DNA of 64,000 nucleotides from Bryobacteraceae bacterium (GTDB lineage Bacteria; Acidobacteriota; Terriglobia; Bryobacterales; Bryobacteraceae). The stretch is taken from contig DASYSG010000045.1 of the NCBI GenBank assembly GCA_036003585.1, positions 37,094 to 101,093 on the forward strand. The letters are read 5' to 3'. The notes under the pieces were generated by a model. That model had not been told where the DNA came from. It searched no databases and worked only from the letters and a program-made list of their open reading frames with translations. This document shows positions 48,092 through 55,490 of this stretch, in pieces. The position numbers and the translations under genes are program-made. Position 1 is the stretch's first letter; each line of letters opens with the position of its first letter.

Positions 48092-48616
48092 TCAACGCCG
48101 CCGAAAGCGCCCGCTTGCAGGCGCACGACCCTCGATCGCCTTGCCAAGGAGGCAGAGCCTTCGGCAACAACGCAGAACATCCCAAGGTTCAGTGTCAGGG
48201 ATTTGATCGGATATTTCTTCCGCTGACTGGTCATTGTTGGACAGTACTTCTAGCACTCGCCGCGGAAGCTCGTCCTCGTCCGCGTCAGCTTCGTCTATCC
48301 ACGACTCACCGTATCGCGCTCCAAACAGAAGAATATCATCACGCCATATGATGAAGTGGCTCTTGCAATCGGTGTCGCGCCACACCGACGGGTATACGCT
48401 CGTTCCCTTGGACGATTCATACATGCGCCATGCGGGACCGGCACGGCGGTCGAGATTCACAGGCACCTCAGCGCCGCACCCGCAAGGGCAACAGAGGATC
48501 AACCAGCGCGGTCCCTGTCTATCCACGATGACTGCATCTCCCGCCCGCTTCAAATGTGCGCTCGCTTTCTCGCGCGAACCCACCCTTGCTTTGATAGAAA
48601 AACGTTTGTTCAACAT
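48092..48616 (-). CDS. Cys-rich 'CPCGC' protein, DUF6527-like, with an acidic C-terminal extension
   Basis: 'RWLILCCPCGCGAEVPVNL...SVYPSVWRDTDCKSHFIIWRDDIL'. The ATG at 48616 overlaps the upstream gene by 7 nt. Confidence 0.6.
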   Translation of the reverse strand: MLNKRFSIKARVGSREKASAHLKRAGDAVIVDRQGPRWLILCCPCGCGAEVPVNLDRRAGPAWRMYESSKGTSVYPSVWRDTDCKSHFIIWRDDILLFGARYGESWIDEADADEDELPRRVLEVLSNNDQSAEEISDQIPDTEPWDVLRCCRRLCLLGKAIEGRAPASGRFRRR

Positions 48617-50343
48617 CGTTCTCCAGCCTTGGACCGGCGCTTCCTTCTACCTGAGGCTGTTGTTGCCTTCGGGGCTGTTTCACGAAAAAGTTTTTGACCA
48701 AAGAGAAATGCGATCGCGCGTGATACGTTCGGAGCTTCGGCTTCTAGGTTCTCATTCGTGTTGCAACCCTTGCGAATAAGACAAAGCGCGAGAGTCAGAG
48801 CGTATTGACCGGGCTCATGTTCTGCCGACCAGCTCAGGGTCCGGATCTGGTTGACAGCGTCGTAGTACCATTCTGTGGAATGTCCTCGCGGGCAGTGTGT
48901 CGTCCCGCCTTTAAGAGCAGATTGCTCATAGAGCGGTTCGATCGACTTAACGAGCTCGACCGGTGTGAATCTGCTGTTTTTGAGATCCTCGATGAAGCCC
49001 TCGACTAAAAGCCCGCCTTCCAAAGAGGCCGGGTCATAAGTTAGCGGAAAGTGCTCTTCTAATTTCTCGAAATCTATGAGTATCGCATCGCCGTGGCGAA
49101 CAAGCACGTTCGAGGCATGCATGTCACCATGCGCTGGCGCAATCAGCGGCGAGGTATTTCCGTGGAGTTCAAACAGTTTCTTAAGCGGCGCAACGTCGCT
49201 ATCTCCTCCAAGAGTGTGGACAATGTTCGCTCGTTTGGGAGGCAACGCGATAAGAGCATTCGAACCCTCCATGTGCCATTTCATCTCTAAATAACCGCTA
49301 AGCGATAATGTCGTGTCGAGACTTTTCTGTTTGCGCCAACCGCCAAGCGTCTTGTCGAACAAATTCGAGATGGCATGGCCGCAGCGCTCCCCCCGCGCGC
49401 ACGTTATCAGCGACTCTGCGCCGCCTACAAAATCGCCCACGAGGATCCCCTGCGTTGATCCCAGATTGCAGCGGTCCCGACGCAGGCGCGGTCCGAGGTG
49501 AAAAGGCACATATTCAAATATGTAGCCGCAATATTTATCGTACTCGTCCACGACCTTCTTTCGTGGTCCAAGTTTTACGAAATATAGATGCGGGTAAGGA
49601 CCCGCTACCCCCCGTGGTACGGCGTCAACGACTGGCGCGACCCGACTGTAAAAGCCAGAATCTAGCCACGCATACGCTTTAAAGACGGGCGCACCAGACA
49701 TCCCGCCGTCGAGCAATGTTAGTTTGAGTTCGGAGCAATTCCAGAAGGCCCGCTTGAGCAACATAACGCGTTCCGAGTGCCCGTCGGACCCAAATATGTC
49801 ACGAAGAAAGTCTTCGTCGACTTTCAATTCGGATTTCTGGAACGGACCGGCGGGCCGATCGCAGACCAAAGCCGCAACATCCGGCCAGGACGACGCCGAT
49901 TCGAAGATGTAGACGCACGGCAACAGAAAGCCATTTTCTCTCTCGCGAAGAAGTTCCGGCGTCGTTCGCCACTCAGTCGGTCGAAGATTTGCAACAGGAA
50001 TCGCGTTTTCTAGTAGCGTGTTGACGACCAGTCTTCGGGGCGTATCGGTGCGATTCTCGTCTGTTGCGAGACGAATATAGACCCGGACGTCGTGGTTGAG
50101 CAGATTGGCGGCAATCGTCTGCAGTTCTCGAGGCAAAGTATTCAACTTGTTCGGGTCCTGCGTCCAAATCACCGCATCCAATCCACTGGCATATTCAGAG
50201 TCGCAAAGCTTCTCCGGTGTGCACCACCCGCATTGAAAGTTTCGCTCTGTAAATCGGTCGAGGTACTTTGCGGGCGGCAAGCTTGGGATGAAAGCAATTT
50301 TAGCTCGTGGCGTACTTTGGGGCGAAAATTCGTGAATCGCCAT
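48610..50343 (-). CDS. 577-aa protein with an unknown alpha/beta N-domain and a C-terminal APH/choline-kinase-like protein-kinase fold
   Basis: 'LLDGGMSGAPVFKAY' is the Gly-rich loop, 'LYFVKLG' holds the Lys, 'HGDMHASNVLVRHGDAILIDFEKL' covers the catalytic loop and metal-binding Asp. The ATG at 50343 lies 1 nt after the E1 stop. Confidence 0.6.
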   Translation of the reverse strand: MAIHEFSPQSTPRAKIAFIPSLPPAKYLDRFTERNFQCGWCTPEKLCDSEYASGLDAVIWTQDPNKLNTLPRELQTIAANLLNHDVRVYIRLATDENRTDTPRRLVVNTLLENAIPVANLRPTEWRTTPELLRERENGFLLPCVYIFESASSWPDVAALVCDRPAGPFQKSELKVDEDFLRDIFGSDGHSERVMLLKRAFWNCSELKLTLLDGGMSGAPVFKAYAWLDSGFYSRVAPVVDAVPRGVAGPYPHLYFVKLGPRKKVVDEYDKYCGYIFEYVPFHLGPRLRRDRCNLGSTQGILVGDFVGGAESLITCARGERCGHAISNLFDKTLGGWRKQKSLDTTLSLSGYLEMKWHMEGSNALIALPPKRANIVHTLGGDSDVAPLKKLFELHGNTSPLIAPAHGDMHASNVLVRHGDAILIDFEKLEEHFPLTYDPASLEGGLLVEGFIEDLKNSRFTPVELVKSIEPLYEQSALKGGTTHCPRGHSTEWYYDAVNQIRTLSWSAEHEPGQYALTLALCLIRKGCNTNENLEAEAPNVSRAIAFLFGQKLFRETAPKATTASGRRKRRSKAGERC

Positions 50344-50344
50344 C

Positions 50345-51679
50345 TCAATCGTCCCGTGTGAAAAGGGGTTGCGCTTCTCCCCGTCCGAGAACTCCCTGCG
50401 GAGAGCAAATATAGCAATTTGGATTTCTAGTGAACGATACGGTCCTAAGCGACGGAGTTCGTGCGTTGTAGAGGATGTTTCGGCCGTCGCTTGGAATGCC
50501 TACCGTCATGGCCAGAAACATCGTCATCGCGATCGAGCTCACGGTGCCATTGATCGAGATGACGGCCGGTGCAGGTTCGTAGGCGCCTAGGATATACGAA
50601 TCCCGTTGGCGTTCTTCGACGTTCATCATATCTCGCCGAACCTCTTCGGAATCGAGCAACTCACAGCAGGTGAAGCAGGGCAGCCCAGGCGCGAGCGCCT
50701 GCACGCGGCCATGTATGCCCGCGATGTGACCATCGCTTGCCGAGATGACTGAACCCACGTCGATGCACGGAATGAGGTATTGATACGCGATCTGTTGGAT
50801 AACCGCACGGCTTCCGTGTGAGTCAGTACAGGAGAAGATGAAATCTGCGCCCCGCAGTTCGCGGGCGAATCGCGTCCTCGTTACATCACCCACGATCCGG
50901 TGCGAGACCGAGTCGGATACGATGCGCGCAATCATGTCCGCGATCACATCTGTCTTAAAGCGGCCGACATCACTAGCGTAGGCCCCGACGACTCGGTTCA
51001 GATTAGTCAATTCGATGCGATCGGGATCGATGAGAATGAACTTGCGTACACCCAAATAGGCGAGCTGTTCAGCAGCTATGGAGCCAGTGCCACCGGCGCC
51101 GACTATAGCCACCGTCAGCGATTCAAGATGCTTCTGTCCCGCGGCACCCAATGCGCGGATCTGGCGGTCGAATTTCAGGGAAGCAGGCGCTTGAGCATTC
51201 TCCGGGTCGAACAGAATCTGCAGCTGCGGACCCACGGAAATGATGCGTAACGGCATCTTTGTGCCCAGACATCGAGCCCGCCACCCGCCTTCGCTGACCA
51301 CTACGGCAACATGCTTTGTACCTGGCGCGCGTACGGATAGGAAGTGTTCCAGATGAACCTCGCCTTGGTCATCTGTCCGGGAGAACCCCGGTGGCACTGA
51401 CCTAGGATGCGAGTGTACGAAAACGACCGAAAGACTTTCGCGCGCCGCCGTCTTGCCGATACGAGCAATATAGTCGGGTTTCAGTTCCGCACTTACTAAG
51501 CTGCGATTCGAATAACTTTCATTGTCCGGATACTCGATACGGGTTACGATGAGGCGCTCTAAGCCATCAGGTAAAACAACGCGCGACGCAAGCAGGATAG
51601 CGCATCGTTCAGTCTCGCGGCCTACGAGTTCGCCGACGATTCGGCTAACGTCACTGTCTTGAATCCTAAGCTCGATCAT
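50345..51679 (-). CDS. JAB::E1 fusion (Prok-JAB-like N-domain plus ThiF-type adenylyltransferase)
   Basis: JAB motifs are 'TERCAILLA' and 'VVFVHSHPRSVPPGFSRTD'. E1 motifs are 'VAIVGAGGTGSIAAEQLAYLGVRKFILIDPDRIELTNLNRV' and 'LPCFTCCE'. The ATG at 51679 overlaps the E2 stop as ATGA (51676-51679). Confidence 0.8.
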   Translation of the reverse strand: MIELRIQDSDVSRIVGELVGRETERCAILLASRVVLPDGLERLIVTRIEYPDNESYSNRSLVSAELKPDYIARIGKTAARESLSVVFVHSHPRSVPPGFSRTDDQGEVHLEHFLSVRAPGTKHVAVVVSEGGWRARCLGTKMPLRIISVGPQLQILFDPENAQAPASLKFDRQIRALGAAGQKHLESLTVAIVGAGGTGSIAAEQLAYLGVRKFILIDPDRIELTNLNRVVGAYASDVGRFKTDVIADMIARIVSDSVSHRIVGDVTRTRFARELRGADFIFSCTDSHGSRAVIQQIAYQYLIPCIDVGSVISASDGHIAGIHGRVQALAPGLPCFTCCELLDSEEVRRDMMNVEERQRDSYILGAYEPAPAVISINGTVSSIAMTMFLAMTVGIPSDGRNILYNARTPSLRTVSFTRNPNCYICSPQGVLGRGEAQPLFTRDD

Positions 51680-52074
51680 CGTGGTGGATTCATTCGCTGA
51701 AGGATCGCCCATAAAAAGCTCTCAAGCCGACTGCGGTTCGGATCCCACACCTGAAGATGCCAAGAAAACCATGTCAGTGGACGTCCCGCAACGAGATCGT
51801 ACGGTAATGGAGTTCCTTCGTTCGCGTTCTGCGGAATAGCACCATTGGAGAGGCGCACTGGTGGAGCGACCCAGAAGCAGTCGGGCTTGGCGGCAGGATA
51901 CCCAGGAGGGGCGATGAAAAAGATGTCAACCTTCCGAGGGCTCCAGCCCTCCGGTAGCTCGACGCCCTTAATCGTGATGAGATACGAGCCGTCCGAGCGG
52001 CGCTGAATGTCGGCGCCCTGATTCTTGAACTCCTTTAGATAACCCTGGAGTTCTATAAATTGTTCGCCAATCAT
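51676..52074 (-). CDS. Prokaryotic E2/UBC-like protein (Prok-E2_E-like)
   Basis: 'VELPEGWSPRKVDIFFIAPPGYPAAKPDCFWVAPPVRL' has a UBC-like PxxYP flap and a candidate catalytic Cys. It overlaps both neighbours as ATGA. Confidence 0.65.
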   Translation of the reverse strand: MIGEQFIELQGYLKEFKNQGADIQRRSDGSYLITIKGVELPEGWSPRKVDIFFIAPPGYPAAKPDCFWVAPPVRLSNGAIPQNANEGTPLPYDLVAGRPLTWFSWHLQVWDPNRSRLESFLWAILQRMNPPR

Positions 52075-52316
52075 CCTAAACCAAACGTGGCTGGTGGGAC
52101 ACCAAAGAAATGTTTCACGCGCTCGGTGATGCTCACCGCTTCGCCGTCGCCAATGCCCTTGTCTGGTCTATCACCCTCTTCTTCAAAGAAGAGCTGATAG
52201 TTTGGAGCGACGTTGGCAATCGCCTTTATCTCGGACCCGGTGAGCGCGGTTTTGGCGGTTTCGTAACGCTTGGCATCCACAAAGAACGGATGAAGTGATT
52301 TGGCTACTTCGGACAT
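52071..52316 (-). CDS. 81-aa ubiquitin-like protein (Multiubiquitin-domain-like) ending in Gly
   Basis: RBS AAGGAG 7 nt upstream of the ATG at 52316. 'FFVDAKRYETAKTALTGSEIKAIANV...GEAVSITERVKHFFGVPPATFGLG' then stop. Confidence 0.65.
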   Translation of the reverse strand: MSEVAKSLHPFFVDAKRYETAKTALTGSEIKAIANVAPNYQLFFEEEGDRPDKGIGDGEAVSITERVKHFFGVPPATFGLG

Positions 52317-52338
52317 GCAGTACTCCTTTTTGCGGTTT

Positions 52339-53202
52339 TCATTCGTCGTGTTTCACGTCTTCAAACTGACTACGATTGGCCCACACGATTGGCTGAGCCT
52401 CCTGAGCTTCGTCAATGCGTAGGTGTCGTACAAAATACGAAACTAAGGCGCGTCGGATCGTTTTAGACAACCTTCCATCCAGCATACCCAAATCATTGAT
52501 AACAGACTCTTTTTGGCTGATCGTTAGATTTGGATTGGGTTCAATGTCAACCACGAAAAAAGTCTGCCATTCAACGTCGTCTTGGAGATCTATGCTACCC
52601 GCGCGGCGTCCGTGAGTTTCTTGGATTCGCGTCAGTACGAAGTCTCGAAATCGAGAAGCGCTGTAACACCATGCGCGCGCATGCCAGCGTGTGCCATCGA
52701 AGGCTAGCGAATGAGGGGCAATCCACTGACGCGTCGGATCGGGACTGCGCATCGATTGGTACGTTATGTCGAGGTCTGTGCCATCACGTATCGCCCATAG
52801 GATTGGCAACAGTACTTCCTTACGCACGCGTCGCACCGGTAAAGTTACGACGTCGCATGGCGGCCGAGCCCCCATAAAGCTGAGCGCCGGCGAAATTGTT
52901 CCTGTAGCCAATCCTGAAAGTTCGTTGAGGTAGGTCTGGGTGTCGGGCACGATGAATAACGGCGTGAATTGTTTTGTCGAGCGATAGACCTTGTCGCGAC
53001 GGTCATACTCCATGTTGTTCCTGGCTAGGGCCATGTATTTTGCGAAGTCCGAGGATGCATGTTGAATTGAGACGTTGAAATATTCCGCCACTTCGCCGCG
53101 ATTGATTTTCCCATCCCACAGCAAGCGAAATTCGATGAATTCCAAGCGCCGATTTTGGCCCCATGGCCGGGGGCGCGGGTTTAGATCCCTATCAGTAAGC
53201 AT
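52339..53202 (-). CDS. HTH plus WYL-domain transcriptional regulator (CapW/BrxR-like)
   Basis: The N-terminal wHTH is 'RLEFIEFRLLWDGKINRGEVAEYFNVSIQHASSDFAKY'. The WYL core is 'LDITYQSMRSPDPTRQWIAPHSLAFDGTRWHARAWCYSASRFRDFVLTRI'. Confidence 0.7.
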   Translation of the reverse strand: MLTDRDLNPRPRPWGQNRRLEFIEFRLLWDGKINRGEVAEYFNVSIQHASSDFAKYMALARNNMEYDRRDKVYRSTKQFTPLFIVPDTQTYLNELSGLATGTISPALSFMGARPPCDVVTLPVRRVRKEVLLPILWAIRDGTDLDITYQSMRSPDPTRQWIAPHSLAFDGTRWHARAWCYSASRFRDFVLTRIQETHGRRAGSIDLQDDVEWQTFFVVDIEPNPNLTISQKESVINDLGMLDGRLSKTIRRALVSYFVRHLRIDEAQEAQPIVWANRSQFEDVKHDE

Positions 53203-53220
53203 GACAAAAATGCCGATACA

Positions 53221-54117
53221 TCATCTATTACGATTAATCGTATAATACGACGTATCGGCCCGGAAGTCAATAGGGTGCGTTTCGAGTCCCAGTGCACCAG
53301 CTTGTGTCGATTGCAGCCGCAAACGGTAAGAACGCCATTTGCTTCGGGTTTTACATAATTCACATGCCTTCCTCTGCATGATCATTGAGCCACCGTCGAA
53401 CTTCGGATCAGACAGGCTGAGCCGCCGGTAATTCCACGCGCGCGGCCGCTCCGTGGTTAGCGTGTCCACAGAATAGACTGCGGGCGATCCGACCGCCTGC
53501 AATACGTCGGTGATGGCAGGTGTTCCCGGACACGGATAGCGGTCGTCGTTCACGATGTCTGGAAACAGGCACGCGATGCACGGGCCGTCCTTGTCCTGAA
53601 CGAACACGTAGCGGTGATCAGCGTCGCGGCTGACGGCGGTGAAGATGCCCGGAATCTCCTTCGCGCGGAAGTACCAGCTCGCCGTGACACGAGCCGGATT
53701 GTTGTCCACGCCGCAGATCACAACGTCACAGGCGAGATCGATGCCGCGGGCGATCGCGTCCTCAAACTGCAATGGGTAGCCGCGGATATTTGTCGCAACG
53801 ATACATTCCGGCTGAAGATTCCGGGCCAGGGCGATCGCCTTGTTCTCGCCAATATCCTTCACATAAAACCTCTGGCGGTTCAGGTTGGTCGGTTCGACTA
53901 CGTCATTATCGAGTACGGTGATCTGCCCGACGCCTTTGCGCACGAGCGTCGGTGCGATCTGGCACATGATCCCGCCCGCCCCGATGCACAGGACGTGGGC
54001 GCGAGTAAAAGTCTCCTGATCAAACCCGAGGATCTATCGCTGGCGGTCCAGGGCTCCGGTGATCGCCTGGCCGCGCAATTCAATCGAGGTTCTTGAGCCG
54101 GTAAACGCCGGGTGCAT
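53221..54117 (-). pseudogene. Decayed paralog of the ThiF-type E1 gene at 18162..18941, interrupted by an in-frame TAG
   Basis: The start 'MHPAFTGSRTSIELRGQAITGALDRQR' runs into TAG (54034-54036) and continues in the same frame as 'ILGFDQETFTRAHVLCIGAGGIMCQIAPTLV...'. About three quarters of residues match copy 1 by eye. DNA homology ends near 53350 and the normal stop is lost. Confidence 0.7.
53229..53250. promoter_or_regulatory. Array of inverted TACGA half-sites (candidate operator) 27-48 nt upstream of the WYL gene start
   Basis: TACGATTAATCGTA (53229-53242) is a perfect 14-bp palindrome. TCGTA-TAA-TACGA (53238-53250) shares the middle half-site. AT-rich hexamers (TATTAT / TAATAG on the minus strand) overlap it. 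Confidence 0.5.
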
Positions 54118-54400
54118 ATATTTCAACTCCTGCGCCAAGGATTTCAAGTTCACAATTCCGGTCGAGCCGGATGAAGTGGACGTAGCCGTCCCGGCTAAAG
54201 ATCGCCATGAGTGCCATATGTCCAGCCCTTTCGAGCCGACGCTGGAAGTTCTCATCGGTTCCCGAAGGATGCGTCGCGTCAGGCCCCCGGCCGGGATGAC
54301 TGTGGAAGTGCGCCCGCAAAACCTCCGGCCTATGCCAACTTTTCTTCGCGTCGTAAGTAGGCAGCCGATTCAATTGCATCCCGGTGGGCCTGCCACGCAC
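54080..54400 (-). pseudogene. 5'-truncated paralog of the JAB gene at 18904..19563
   Basis: 'LRAHFHSHPGRGPDATHPSGTDENFQRRLERAGHMALMAIFSRDGYVHFIRLDRNCELEILGAGVEIYAPGVYRLKNLD' aligns with the C-terminal ~80 aa of copy 1. The N-terminal ~140 aa are absent. Confidence 0.7.
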
Positions 54401-55168
54401 GTGAGGTTGCGCTGGGACGGCGAAGACGAACTCGCCGCTGGGGCTGAATCAAAATGGAAGTTCAGAGGTAGATGTACCTCTCATCCAGACTTCCCAAACC
54501 CGATATTCACTCTTCCCCGCCGCGGAAGCTTTGAAGCCTTGGTGGAACCTCCCGACGATGTTTCCGCAAACACCGAATTGACGTTTCAAATAGAAGCCAT
54601 TGGTCCGAAGAGCGAACTACTAGCAACATCATTTCACGCCGTCGTCGCAGAGCTTGCGGAACCCGAAGGCCCGCGCAAGATATCAGAGGAGAGCGCAGGA
54701 ATGAAGGGGCGGCGGGCGCCCTATATCCTCCGATTTGTCACCGAGGCGGAGTGGAAGGATACACAGTGCTGGGGAGCGACTGAGTGGACCTCCGAAGACT
54801 CCGGATGCTATCAGGAGCCAACCCAGTCAAATCCGCTCGTCCTCGTCATTAATGAAGATTCCGCACTTCTGAGGTCAGCTAGGGATGCGATGATCGGTCG
54901 TAAGCTAGACGAGTCCACGATTAAGCGCCGCGTCAACAACTACACGGCACATATTGCCTACCACCTCTGGCAGATGTATCAGTATACGCAAAACATGAAA
55001 GCGCTTAACGCGGTGGATGACACTGCGCCCGTTCCCGATGATGATCAGCTCCGAGGAGAAATCAATCGGGTGGCAGCAACCCTCATAAATCTGATGGAGC
55101 AGGAGCTTCGGGGCATCGCCGGGAGGGCGCGTCATGATGTCACTCCGAGCACTCGCGCCGGGACATGA
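54401..55168 (+). CDS. Hypothetical protein, probably the 5'-truncated remnant of a larger gene
   Basis: The 369-aa ORF 54059..55168 is antisense to the JAB/E1 remnants up to ~54400. Only the distal part ('VRLRWDGEDEL...LVINEDSALLRSARDAMIGRKLDESTIKRRVNNYTAHIAYHLWQMYQY') looks protein-like. There is a GTG at 54401 without an RBS. Confidence 0.35.
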   Translation: MRLRWDGEDELAAGAESKWKFRGRCTSHPDFPNPIFTLPRRGSFEALVEPPDDVSANTELTFQIEAIGPKSELLATSFHAVVAELAEPEGPRKISEESAGMKGRRAPYILRFVTEAEWKDTQCWGATEWTSEDSGCYQEPTQSNPLVLVINEDSALLRSARDAMIGRKLDESTIKRRVNNYTAHIAYHLWQMYQYTQNMKALNAVDDTAPVPDDDQLRGEINRVAATLINLMEQELRGIAGRARHDVTPSTRAGT

Positions 55169-55330
55169 GGAATATCCGGTGCGGCCTCACGGACCCACCG
55201 ACTGATCTCCGCCCGGCATGCGAAACTTGCTGATCGATATTCGTGGGACCCGACAGCAGAACCTCTAAGCCCACTGGGCGTCGAGCTTTGCGTAAAATCA
55301 TATCTACAGTTTTATCTACAGTCGAACAAT

Positions 55331-55360
55331 ACGGCCTCCGAAAGGAGGCCGTATCTTTTT
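55331..55360 (+). terminator. Rho-independent terminator-like hairpin
   Basis: acggcctcc-gaaa-ggaggccgt forms a 9-bp stem and is followed by atcttttt. It lies between the 54401..55168 ORF and the tRNA 3' end. Confidence 0.6.
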
Positions 55361-55368
55361 GATTCTGT

Positions 55369-55445
55369 TGGTCGGGGCGGGGCGATTTGAACGCCCGACC
55401 CCCTGCGCCCAAGGCAGGTGCGCTACCAGGCTGCGCTACGCCCCG
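55369..55445 (-). tRNA. tRNA-Pro (anticodon UGG)
   Basis: The reverse complement folds as a 77-nt cloverleaf: CGGGGCG-TA-GCGC-AGCCTGGTA-GCGC-A-CCTGC-CTTGGGC-GCAGG-GGGTC-GGGCG-TTCAAAT-CGCCC-CGCCCCG-A-CCA. The anticodon is TGG. Confidence 0.9.
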
Positions 55446-55461
55446 ACTTTCTACTTAATTG

Positions 55462-55490
55462 ATTCTAAACCACTTTTATGCATAGCGCAA
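55462..55490 (-). promoter_or_regulatory. Candidate sigma70-type promoter of tRNA-Pro
   Basis: The minus strand reads TTGCGC-17 nt-TAGAAT. The -10 element ends 16 nt upstream of the tRNA 5' end. Confidence 0.5.

Larger units (their letters stand above)
4385..55366. mobile_element. ~51-kb mosaic genomic island integrated into tRNA-Pro(UGG)
   Basis: Bounded by the 51-bp direct repeats. The interior holds a tyrosine integrase plus excisionase, a large serine recombinase, a Replic_Relax/VirD4-like ATPase, RHS toxins, defence-type genes and gene fragments. The exterior holds metabolic genes. Confidence 0.8.

Noticed and set aside
54059-54400. The first ~115 codons of the 369-aa ORF 54059..55168.
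   Set aside because: This part is the reverse complement of the JAB/E1 remnants, whose homology to copy 1 identifies the true ancestral coding strand.
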